In this document: positions 16,993-24,305 of the stretch, in pieces
How the letters are laid out: the number at the start of each line of letters is the position of its first letter
Position numbering within the stretch: the stretch's first letter is position 1
Assembly: GCF_036244575.1 (NCBI RefSeq)
Contig: NZ_BTRM01000027.1
Reading direction: 5' to 3' (one strand)
DNA length: 28,171 nt
Source of the DNA: Aerococcus viridans
Lineage (GTDB): Bacteria > Bacillota > Bacilli > Lactobacillales > Aerococcaceae
The notes under the pieces: model-generated
Told to the model about the DNA's origin: nothing
Database searches by the model: none
The model's input: the letters and a program-made list of their open reading frames with translations, nothing else
Position numbers and translations under genes: made by a program

Positions 16993-17988
16993 TTAAAGCT
17001 CACTAGGATGCTTTCGTGTCGTTGACAATGGTAAGAAGTGGACAGGTAAGAAATGTAAATTTTGTCTTTCTTTATCTTTGTCAAAATGAATCAACTCGTC
17101 TACACTAATTCTAGCAATTTCTGACACATTTTGTCTGATTGTTGAAATCACTAGCGGTTGTGATTGATAACTTCTAGCCCCATCAAATCCTATTAGCTGT
17201 ATATCCTCTGGAATTTGCCATTTTAATGCTGAAAAAGAGTGTAACACATATTCAGCGTAACGGTCAGTCATCGTAAAAATACCATCGTAAGGAATATCTT
17301 CTCGATAAGCAGTCAATAGGTACTCATCCAAGCGTTTTGAAAATCCAGCAGAATCTCCTGTATCCTCATGAATTGCATAGGTCACTTTAGCATGTTTACA
17401 ATAATCAATAAAACCATTTAGTCGTTCAAATACCCCCATATTTTTGGGGATTCGTCTCATAATTAATAGTAATCTTTTTGCACCACGCTGGTGTAATTCT
17501 GCTGCAGCAGTGCGCGCACCGATGAAATTATCACTGGTAATAAAAGGGACTTGTTGATTAAAGTAGCGTTCGATTGACACAATAGGAAGGTTAGATGTCA
17601 AGTAGGGGTCTATATCACTGTAAGAGATTGTGATAATTCCTTTCACCTTTTCTTCTTTCGCCATCTGAACGTACTCCAACTCTTTATTGTAATCATTCTG
17701 CGAATTACATAGTAAAAGCTTAAGGCCATATTTCTGTAATTCCAGCTGAATAAAATAAGTCAGTTCGGCAAAAAAAGGTGTCCAAATTGTGGGCAAAATA
17801 AAAGCTATCGTATCACTAGAGTTTTTCTTCAACGATCTAGCGGCTTGATTGGGAACGTAGTTTAAGCGTTCAATGGCCTCTTTAATTCTTTCGGCCGATT
17901 TCTCGTTTATTTTAACCCCATTAATAAAGTTGGAAACCGTCCCACGAGATACTCCCGCAAGCTTTGCAACATCATTCATATTTGCCAT
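16993..17988 (-). CDS. scrR: LacI/GalR-family transcriptional regulator (sucrose operon repressor type), 331 aa
   Basis: N-terminal HTH (MNDVAKLAGVSRGTVSNFING) plus a periplasmic-binding-protein-like sugar-binding domain. It lies adjacent to the PTS/GH32 genes. Confidence 0.88.
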   Translation of the reverse strand: MANMNDVAKLAGVSRGTVSNFINGVKINEKSAERIKEAIERLNYVPNQAARSLKKNSSDTIAFILPTIWTPFFAELTYFIQLELQKYGLKLLLCNSQNDYNKELEYVQMAKEEKVKGIITISYSDIDPYLTSNLPIVSIERYFNQQVPFITSDNFIGARTAAAELHQRGAKRLLLIMRRIPKNMGVFERLNGFIDYCKHAKVTYAIHEDTGDSAGFSKRLDEYLLTAYREDIPYDGIFTMTDRYAEYVLHSFSALKWQIPEDIQLIGFDGARSYQSQPLVISTIRQNVSEIARISVDELIHFDKDKERQNLHFLPVHFLPLSTTRKHPSEL

Positions 17989-18262
17989 GCAACTACCTCA
18001 TTCATTTCTCTTTCATTCCTCGACAAAACTCTTTTAAACTTCATAACTTATGACTTGCTTTATCCCTCATGTCTCACGTTAAATATTAGCATAATCATTC
18101 TTCATTATAACATTAAGTCACCCCATGATTTTAGCTATCTATCAAGAAACAAAAAACAACCACCAGGAGCTGTCTTTTAGCTTAACTACTGACGGTTGGT
18201 TCTTTTGTAACTCATATTTTAAAACATTTGAGTGACTAACGAAACACTCGCACGACACAAAA

Positions 18263-19372
18263 CTATTCTATAATTTCAGAAATTTCCGGTTCAACTGTAA
18301 CAGCATCTAGACCTAGATGTTTGATACGACGGTTATTGATGAAATATAACACTGCACAAACCAAAGGTATAATGGCAGCAAAGATATAAACACCCCTGAA
18401 GGACGTCATGGATCGCAATGAACCCATTACATATGGTCCAACACCTAACCCTAAATCCAATCCAATAAGGTAGGTCGATAACGCAACCCCAGTACGGTGG
18501 TTATTGACAAGTTTTAAACAAACGGCTTGGCCATTCGACATAAACGTCCCATACCCTAACCCCACTAATGCACCTGAAAGGAGTAACATTGGACTATTAA
18601 CAGTTAAACTCAAAAGTAGGAGACCAGCAGTTAAGAAAAAGTAACTAGGATACATGACAAATTTTTCGCCTTTTTCATCAAAAATACGACCAGTCAATGG
18701 TCTGGTAAACGTGATTGCCAAGGCATAAACTACGAAGAAGAAAGAGCCTGCATCTACTAAATCAATGGCTTTAGTAAATGATGACAAGAAAGAAAGAACA
18801 CTTGAATAAGATAACCCCATTGGAAATGCGATAAAAGTGACTAATAATGCTTTTTTTCAATGAAGCTATGAATACTCCAAGAGCTCAACACTTTTTTTTT
18901 CAGATCTTCTGATAATTGAATATTGCGAACTGGGAAGGCAAAACAGGCAATGGTTACGATTGCAATCAACACAATTGAGAACCAGATGATGAATTGGAAA
19001 TTCGTCAAATTTAAGAGAATCATTCCAATAAACGGTCTAATTGCTGCTGCTAAACTCGTACTTAAACCGTAGTAATTAATGCCTTCACCGTGCTTAGATT
19101 TTGGAATATAAGTTGTAACGATGGCATTAGTAGCAGTTGATACAGTACCGTATCCAAAACCATTTAAGAAACGAACGAGGTATAAAACACCAATAGTAGG
19201 TGTGAACAAGTAAGCGACTGTGGTTACAAGGTAAAAAATTGCCCCTACTCTTAATACATTTTACGTCCCAATAATTCTAATTGTTTACCCATAAACAAGC
19301 GGGCTAATAAAGTTCCTATAATATAAATGCCAGATGCAAAACCAGCTTGACTTAAGCTAGCGTGTAAATTGT
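18263..19372 (-). pseudogene. MFS transporter pseudogene (5'-truncated, at least two frameshifts)
   Basis: Three consecutive minus-strand frames encode contiguous MFS sequence: DNLHASLSQAGFASGIYIIGTLLARLFMGKQLELLGRK, then (shift near 19255-19263) VLRVGAIFYLVTTVAYLFTPTIGVLYLVRFLNGFGYG, then (shift in the A7 run at 18852-18858) ALLVTFIAFPMGLSYSS... . TM1 is missing and a stop lies directly upstream of 19372. Confidence 0.85.
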
Positions 19373-19387
19373 CTTAAGTTTTGAACA

Positions 19388-19416
19388 CGAAAATGGCCGA
19401 AGCCTCCGCTTCAGCC
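19388..19416 (-). terminator. Terminator-like hairpin downstream of the 71-aa ORF
   Basis: GGCCGAAGC (19395-19403), loop CTCC, GCTTCAGCC (19408-19416), 8 of 9 paired. On the minus strand it is followed by ATTTTCGTGTT. Confidence 0.45.
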
Positions 19417-19485
19417 AAAATGTTATTAACCAATGTAACCTCTATTGAACATGTAAGAAAAATTATAGCATATACTAATCAAGTA

Positions 19486-19701
19486 TTATTTGCCCTTAAG
19501 ATATTTTGATCTATCAGACATATGTTTTGCTCCAAGTGAACTCCCTCGTCTAGTTGCATCTGACATTAATTCTTTAAAATAATAATCTTTATCTTCGCAT
19601 AAATCTTCTAGCTGTTTTATTCTTTTGCTCTGCACTAAATTCCTTTTTTTCAATGCTGAAAGTTCCTTTTTGTATTTGTTTTTTCCGAACAATCCCATCA
19701 T
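19486..19701 (-). CDS. Hypothetical small basic protein, 71 aa, predicted helical/coiled-coil
   Basis: A strong GGAGG lies 5 to 6 nt upstream of the ATG. The Lys/Arg-rich sequence is MMGLFGKNKYKKELSALKKRNLVQSKRIKQLEDL... . I recognise no family. Confidence 0.6.
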   Translation of the reverse strand: MMGLFGKNKYKKELSALKKRNLVQSKRIKQLEDLCEDKDYYFKELMSDATRRGSSLGAKHMSDRSKYLKGK

Positions 19702-19819
19702 CTATTCCTCCACTCTAATAATCTATTTTATTATTTATATAACTTAAAAAAATAAAGTCCATAGTTAGACTAAAGATTAGTACCTTTTGTCTAAAATATT
19801 ATTTATCAATTAATGGTAT

Positions 19820-19851
19820 ATACTTAAATTTACTTAAGTTAATTTAAGTAT
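19820..19851. repeat. 32-bp near-perfect palindrome (30 of 32) between the two small minus-strand ORFs
   Basis: ATACTTAAATTTACTTAAGTTAATTTAAGTAT. The only two mismatches are the symmetric T:T pair. Confidence 0.85.
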
Positions 19852-19858
19852 CGTTCTT

Positions 19859-20029
19859 TTATTCATCGGAATCCCAATGCTCATCACCAATAGCTTGATC
19901 AGCAAACTCCCGAATAGCGTCATCAACTTCATCACGATCATAAACATCTAACTTATTATAGATTTTATCGAATTCTTCTTCATCTAATTCCTCTAAATTG
20001 TTAATCAGATAATTCTTATCTTTTCTCAT
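19859..20029 (-). CDS. Hypothetical highly acidic small protein, 56 aa (not in the ORF track)
   Basis: AAGGAG lies upstream of the ATG at 20029. Translation is MRKDKNYLINNLEELDEEEFDKIYNKLDVYDRDEVDDAIREFADQAIGDEHWDSDE. An extended -10 (TGcTATAAT) and a 15-bp palindrome, AGTGAC-TAG-GTCACT, lie upstream on the minus strand. Confidence 0.55.
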   Translation of the reverse strand: MRKDKNYLINNLEELDEEEFDKIYNKLDVYDRDEVDDAIREFADQAIGDEHWDSDE

Positions 20030-20244
20030 AATATAATCTCCTTATTTCTATCATACTCTTGTCTTAGTGACTAGGTCACTTTAATTATAGCAGTTTAATG
20101 TTTCATTCATTCACTACTTGTTCGACGCCTCTGTCGGCATAAAGAAGTCAATAAAGAAAACGTACTATTTTCGTCTATTTTGGGTACACCCTATTGTGGG
20201 TTATTTGAATTATACTTATACGTATATTCATAAGTGTAATCATA

Positions 20245-20288
20245 AGCATAAGTATAATTATATGTATACATATAATTATACTTATGCT
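20245..20288. repeat. 44-bp perfect palindrome overlapping the parA promoter (candidate par operator/centromere)
   Basis: AGCATAAGTATAATTATATGTA|TACATATAATTATACTTATGCT. TATAAT at 20288-20293 follows directly. Related ATAAGYRTA motifs occur at 20210-20250. Confidence 0.85.
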
Positions 20289-20318
20289 ATAATAGAATTA
20301 AAGAGAAAGGGGTATATC

Positions 20319-21110
20319 ATGAAACTAATTAGTTTTAGCGCAATCAAGGGTGGTGTTGGAAAAACAACATTAGCATACAATTATGGAGAATGGTTAGCAA
20401 ATAAAGGATACAATATATTGTTCATTGATTTAGACCATCAATGTAATTTGACACAAATTTACGATATTTATGATGTCAAAGATACCATAGCGAATGCCTT
20501 TACTAATACAGGTGATGTTAAAATTCAAAGTGTTGGTTCAAATATTGATATCATTGCTGGTAATTTACAATTAGATAAAATTGAAAGTCAACTCGAAAAT
20601 AAGAGTAATAAGGATATGTTACTTTATATGTGGCTTGATGATAATTATGAGGATAAAAAGTTAGATCATTATGATTATATTATATTTGATTGCCACCCTG
20701 ACTTTTCTATTGCCACTAGAAACGCAATTGCGGTTAGCCACACAATAATTAGTCCTATCACTCCTAGCGAGCATGGGTATAGAGCTAAATTTAACTTAGA
20801 AGAAAGATTAGATGAATTTAAAAAAGAAACAATCGATTATAAAACAAGAGAATCCTATGTTACTGGAAAATTATATTTTGTTGGAAATATGATAAAGCAT
20901 AATACTAAATCTTCCAGAGATTTTTTAGAAACTGTTGCGGAAGATGAATCTGTCATCACATACTTTCCTTCAAAAGAATTGATGAATAAATCTACTTTAG
21001 AACATATTTCTTTACCAAAAATGGAGAAAAACATGAATAGTAGCGATAAAATCTTTTTTGAAAATATTAATAAATCTTTTAATATAATGACTGATGTAAC
21101 GGAAGATTAA
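20319..21110 (+). CDS. parA: ParA/Soj-family plasmid partition ATPase, 263 aa
   Basis: The ATG at 20319 follows GAAAGGGG. The deviant Walker A motif is KGGVGKTT in MKLISFSAIKGGVGKTTLAYNYG. The ORF-track start at 20118 only extends through the AT-rich repeats. Confidence 0.9.
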   Translation: MKLISFSAIKGGVGKTTLAYNYGEWLANKGYNILFIDLDHQCNLTQIYDIYDVKDTIANAFTNTGDVKIQSVGSNIDIIAGNLQLDKIESQLENKSNKDMLLYMWLDDNYEDKKLDHYDYIIFDCHPDFSIATRNAIAVSHTIISPITPSEHGYRAKFNLEERLDEFKKETIDYKTRESYVTGKLYFVGNMIKHNTKSSRDFLETVAEDESVITYFPSKELMNKSTLEHISLPKMEKNMNSSDKIFFENINKSFNIMTDVTED

Positions 21111-21121
21111 GGAGAATTAAA

Positions 21122-21337
21122 ATGGCATTTGAAAAAAAAGATACAAAGATATCTGAAGCATTAAAAGAATCTAAAGAAAAAGGAATTCCCTCTATTCAAC
21201 ATTCTGAAAAAACAAAACCTTATACTTTTACGCTTCAACCTAGTAATAGAGAAAAATTAAATCAACTAGCTTCTAAACGAGGATATGCTTCAGCTTCAAA
21301 ATTTTTGAATGATTTAATTGAAAATATGCAAATATAA
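21122..21337 (+). CDS. Small ribbon-helix-helix type partition/centromere-binding protein candidate, 71 aa
   Basis: It sits immediately after parA, with GGAGA upstream. The C-terminal half (KPYTFTLQPSNREKLNQLASKRGYASASKFLNDLIE) has the beta-strand-helix-helix pattern of CopG/ParG-like proteins. Confidence 0.7.
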   Translation: MAFEKKDTKISEALKESKEKGIPSIQHSEKTKPYTFTLQPSNREKLNQLASKRGYASASKFLNDLIENMQI

Positions 21338-21400
21338 GTATACTTACAAATATAAATATAAATATAAATATAAATATATGTATGCTTATATTTATATGGT
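21334..21400. repeat. AT-rich repeats downstream of the par operon, including (AAATAT)x5 and ATAAGTATAC-type motifs
   Basis: The palindrome AAGTATACTT lies at about 21335-21344. The hexamer AAATAT is repeated five times at 21348-21377. TATGCTTATA-type motifs echo those upstream of parA. Confidence 0.75.
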
Positions 21401-21510
21401 TTAAATGTTAATTGTCTATATAATTTTCCTATAAAACAAATATATTCGCATATAAGAAAATTATACGCGCATACCACTTACATTATGTTAAAATAAATTT
21501 AATAAACACG

Positions 21511-21546
21511 AAAAAAAAAGCGGTAGATTGAAAATCAATCTACCGC
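21511..21546 (-). terminator. Strong minus-strand rho-independent terminator in the par-repA intergenic region
   Basis: A 12-bp perfect stem, GCGGTAGATTGA (21520-21531) / TCAATCTACCGC (21535-21546). On the minus strand it is followed by T9 (plus-strand A9 at 21511-21519). Confidence 0.7.
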
Positions 21547-21617
21547 TTGAAAATAAAAATCTCAACTCACCTAGTCGACCAAAACTTGAAGTTGAGAAAG
21601 AACTTTTATAAGTTTAC
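21511..21617 (-). ncRNA. Candidate about 105-nt small RNA in the repA upstream region
   Basis: The minus-strand promoter is TTTACA (21648-21653), 17 nt, TAAACT (21625-21630). The transcript would contain the hairpin 21560-21597 (TCTCAACT/AGTTGAGA) and end at the T9 terminator. There is no ORF with an RBS. Confidence 0.25.
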
Positions 21618-21671
21618 AAGACCCAGTTTACTAGACTACTCCTGTTTTGTAAAGTAAATAACATATAAAAG

Positions 21672-21716
21672 CCCTTTCTTAATTTCTAGACTACGAGTAA
21701 GAGAATTAAGAAAGGG
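21672..21716 (+). promoter_or_regulatory. 13-bp perfect hairpin immediately upstream of the repA start codon, covering the only SD-like sequence
   Basis: CCCTTTCTTAATT (21672-21684) pairs with AATTAAGAAAGGG (21704-21716). TTTTT follows, then the ATG at 21726. Confidence 0.6.
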
Positions 21717-21725
21717 TTTTTAATT

Positions 21726-22796
21726 ATGGCTAGAAAAAATATAAAAGAATTAGCAAGTCAACGTTTCATTACAGTACCTAAACTGCTTCTTTATGGAGAA
21801 GAATATAAAAAATTAAGTAGTAATGCATTTAAAACATACGTTAGTTTATATGACCGCTACACATTAAGTGTTATGAATAATTGGACTGATGAAGACGGTA
21901 ATATTTATTTTGTTTATGACTTAGAAGAATTATCACAAATAACTGGAATTGGAAAAAAAGGATTAGTTAATGCTAGAAAGCAACTTAAAGAAGCTGGTCT
22001 TTTAGAAGAAGTGTATACAGGTAGAAATAATCGTTTATATCTACATGATCCTAAACCGCAAAATGATGATGAAGCACATTATATCATTACTGAAAAAAAT
22101 GATTTAGAAGATACCAGTAAAATTTCAGAAGAAGAAAAAGAATTACGCTCCCTTAATTCTAAAAATAATAAAAACACTAAAAAAACGCACGATAGTGCCC
22201 AAGGAACTATCGTGCAAGAAAGACCGTCATATCAACAAAGTGATGATTTAGAAAAACGCACGATAGTGCCTAAGGAACTATCAGATAGTGCCCAAGGAAC
22301 CCCTAATGATACTAACCTAATGAAACTATATAAAGATATTAAAGATATTAAAGATCAAGCTGATTTTCAAAACGAACAAATGGCCAAACAATTTTCTAAA
22401 AACGAAAAAGCTACCGAGCAAGAACTGATTGAACAGTATGTTGAAGAAAATGAATTGGTTTCTGCTTATGGAGAACAAACCATTCAACTAGTAAGAAATT
22501 ATAGTTTTAATGATTTAGAACAGTTTAAAGTCTATATTGACAAATTCTATTTTGGTTGGAAATCAGCGGAAAAAGATACTGGCGTTAAAATCAATCCGTA
22601 CGAAAAAGCAGCACTACATGATGAACTCGCAAGTACCTTTAAGCGTGTTATTATCCAATTTAAACAAGGAAAAACAAAAAATATTAATAGTTATCTTTAT
22701 ATCTCTTTAAAAAATGTGTTTAAAGATTATGCAGAAACTCAACAAGGAAATGAAACAGATTTACCACCAGTACCAATTGATTCATGGTTAAAATAG
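21726..22796 (+). CDS. repA: RepA_N-family plasmid replication initiator, 356 aa
   Basis: The N-terminus (FITVPKLLLYGEEYKKLSSNAFKTYVSLYDRYTLS...NGNIYFVY...ELSQITGIGKKGLVNARKQLKEAGLLE) is typical of the RepA_N domain of enterococcal/staphylococcal theta plasmids. Direct repeats lie in the central region. Confidence 0.9.
   Translation: MARKNIKELASQRFITVPKLLLYGEEYKKLSSNAFKTYVSLYDRYTLSVMNNWTDEDGNIYFVYDLEELSQITGIGKKGLVNARKQLKEAGLLEEVYTGRNNRLYLHDPKPQNDDEAHYIITEKNDLEDTSKISEEEKELRSLNSKNNKNTKKTHDSAQGTIVQERPSYQQSDDLEKRTIVPKELSDSAQGTPNDTNLMKLYKDIKDIKDQADFQNEQMAKQFSKNEKATEQELIEQYVEENELVSAYGEQTIQLVRNYSFNDLEQFKVYIDKFYFGWKSAEKDTGVKINPYEKAALHDELASTFKRVIIQFKQGKTKNINSYLYISLKNVFKDYAETQQGNETDLPPVPIDSWLK
22181..22300 (+). 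repeat. Direct repeats inside repA (candidate origin iterons)
   Basis: AAAAACGCACGATAGTGCCCAAGGAACTATC (22181-22211) recurs as AAAAACGCACGATAGTGCCTAAGGAACTATC (22252-22282). A third core, GATAGTGCCCAAGGAAC, lies at 22284-22300. Confidence 0.85.
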
Positions 22797-22875
22797 GTTA
22801 TTAGAAGCTCATATTTGCGTTTTAAGACGTTTTAAAACAAGTTGAGTACATTTATATGCAAAGGAGTGTAGGAGC

Positions 22876-23058
22876 GTGGAGAAAGCAAATACAAAAGAAT
22901 TATGGATATTATTTGAAAATACGAATATTCAACACTTACTAGAGAGTGCGGAAAAAGCTGAAAGTGATGATGAAGAAATATTTTTTAATACAATGTTTAA
23001 TTTAAAGTTGCAGGAAAGGCAACAAGAAATTATTCAACAAGATAGGTTCGTGATGTAA
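22876..23058 (+). CDS. Small acidic protein, 60 aa, candidate antitoxin of the downstream zeta-like kinase (GTG start)
   Basis: AAGGAG (22861-22866) lies 9 nt before the GTG at 22876. The stop overlaps the next gene's start (TAATG at 23056-23060). The central part is acidic (AEKAESDDEE). Confidence 0.55.
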   Translation: MEKANTKELWILFENTNIQHLLESAEKAESDDEEIFFNTMFNLKLQERQQEIIQQDRFVM

Positions 23059-23633
23059 TGGACAAACCTAAATATATTATCGTTGCTGGTGTGAACGGTG
23101 CTGGCAAAAGTACTTTGTTCCAAACTTATCCTGAAATTTTTATGAATACAAAAAGGGTAAATGCAGATGAAATTTTGCGTAAAAATCATGGCGATTGGCA
23201 AAATCAAAAAGATAATATTCTTGCTGGTAGAGAGACCGTAAAGAAAATTCAATATAACATTGCAAATCAAATTTCTTTCCACCAAGAAACTACATTAGCA
23301 AGTAGCTTAAATGGATTCCTAAAAAATATTCAAAAAACTAAACAGAAAGGTTTTCAGGTGGAACTACTATATGTTTCATTAGATACCCCACAAAGGGCAA
23401 TTGAACGTGTAAATCATCGTGTCCAATTAGGAGGACATGGTATACCAAATGATGTTATTATCAAAAGATATTTTAAATCACTAGAAAATTTGAAAGAAAT
23501 AGTAAAATATGTTGATAGTTTTCAATTATTTGATAATAGTCAATATTTAAAACGTATTACAAAGATAGAGAGAAAATATTTAGATAATTGGTTAGACCAA
23601 AATACACTATTACCCAAAAAAGGAGAAATTTAG
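23058..23633 (+). CDS. Zeta-toxin-family / AAA P-loop kinase-like protein, 191 aa
   Basis: Walker A motif GVNGAGKST near the N-terminus, followed by VNADEI. The short about 190-aa architecture is typical of zeta-like P-loop proteins (Pfam Zeta_toxin / COG4185 type, from memory). Confidence 0.75.
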   Translation: MDKPKYIIVAGVNGAGKSTLFQTYPEIFMNTKRVNADEILRKNHGDWQNQKDNILAGRETVKKIQYNIANQISFHQETTLASSLNGFLKNIQKTKQKGFQVELLYVSLDTPQRAIERVNHRVQLGGHGIPNDVIIKRYFKSLENLKEIVKYVDSFQLFDNSQYLKRITKIERKYLDNWLDQNTLLPKKGEI

Positions 23634-23926
23634 AACGTGAATATTTAAAGAAAAATATTCTTGAAATGCAGGAAGAAGATCCTGCAATGATGTATGGAGA
23701 ACCTGAAGAAATTACTGCAGAAAAATTACAAACCTTTGAAAAAGGTTTAACAGGCGAAGAATGGTTAGCAGAAGATATTAAGTCAGATGTTATTGCAAAA
23801 GATTCAGAAAAATCTTTTACGTTTCCTAAAGAAAAAATTTCAAATAGTAATTTTCAACCAATAGAAAAAGTTGCTGGAGATTTACTAGAAAAAGAAAATG
23901 AAGTAAATAAAAGTCCAAAAATTTAG
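23588..23926 (+). CDS. Hypothetical acidic protein (112 aa from TTG 23588, or 86 aa from ATG 23666)
   Basis: The ORF overlaps the zeta-like gene by 46 nt. It has no convincing RBS at either start and I recognise no domain. Confidence 0.35.
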   Translation: MVRPKYTITQKRRNLEREYLKKNILEMQEEDPAMMYGEPEEITAEKLQTFEKGLTGEEWLAEDIKSDVIAKDSEKSFTFPKEKISNSNFQPIEKVAGDLLEKENEVNKSPKI

Positions 23927-23938
23927 AAGTAAAAAAAT

Positions 23939-24088
23939 GGGGCTGGGACAAAAGGTCTCTCAAAAAAAACACACTCCCAAAACTATGAACTATTTTGTTC
24001 AATAGTGGGAGTGTATTTTTCTATATCTTTATAAAAATAAACGAAAGTGGGACTACTTTTTTCGCAAAAGTAGTTTTGTCCCAGCCTC
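23939..24088 (+). mobile_element. MITE-like 150-bp structured repeat, copy A
   Basis: 15-bp terminal inverted repeats: GGGGCTGGGACAAAA (23939-23953) and TTTTGTCCCAGCCTC (24074-24088). There are internal hairpins and no plausible coding capacity. It is nearly identical to the reverse complement of 27034-27182. Confidence 0.8.
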
Positions 24089-24289
24089 ATTTTTTTCTTT
24101 TAATGCTTTTAAAAATATTTCAATATCTTCAGGAGAAGTATCTTGTAATGAAAAATATTTTTCTAAAAGTGCACCTTTTTGAATTAATTGATGTGTACGT
24201 TCTTTTCTTTTTTTCAATTTTTCGCGTCGAATTTTTGCTTGCACTTGATTTGCTTCGACCATATATTTTTTTAAATTAATCTCACTCAT
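24053..24289 (-). CDS. DUF3847-like small protein (relaxosome-associated type), 78 aa from ATG 24289 (81 aa from TTG 24298)
   Basis: MSEINLKKYMVEANQVQAKIRREKLKKRKERTHQLIQKGALLEKYF...FLKALKEK shows the coiled-coil plus R-THxLIxxGAxLE pattern I associate with DUF3847 proteins encoded next to Firmicute relaxases. The last 12 codons lie inside MITE copy A. Confidence 0.6.
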   Translation of the reverse strand: MSEINLKKYMVEANQVQAKIRREKLKKRKERTHQLIQKGALLEKYFSLQDTSPEDIEIFLKALKEKNEAGTKLLLRKK

Positions 24290-24305
24290 ATAAATCAACT
24301 AATTC

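Noticed and set aside
20118-20318. N-terminal extension of the parA ORF (track start 20118)
   Set aside because: The extension translates the AT-rich palindromic repeats (YTYTYIHKCNHKHKYNYMY..). The RBS and the Walker-A-proximal ATG at 20319 give a canonical ParA N-terminus.
21262-21477. Minus-strand ORF 21262..21477
   Set aside because: It runs through the (AAATAT)n and related repeats (..IYIYIYIYIC..) and overlaps the 3' end of the RHH gene. It is a low-complexity artefact.
23034-23285. Minus-strand ORF 23034..23285
   Set aside because: It is antisense to the zeta-like gene and has no RBS.
23995-24279. ORF 23995..24279 (+) and its twin 26891..27127 (-), both starting MFNSGSVFFYIFIKINESGTTFFAKVVLSQP
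   Set aside because: The shared N-terminus is simply the translated MITE-like repeat, and the two sequences diverge as soon as they leave it. The first also lies antisense to the DUF3847-like gene.
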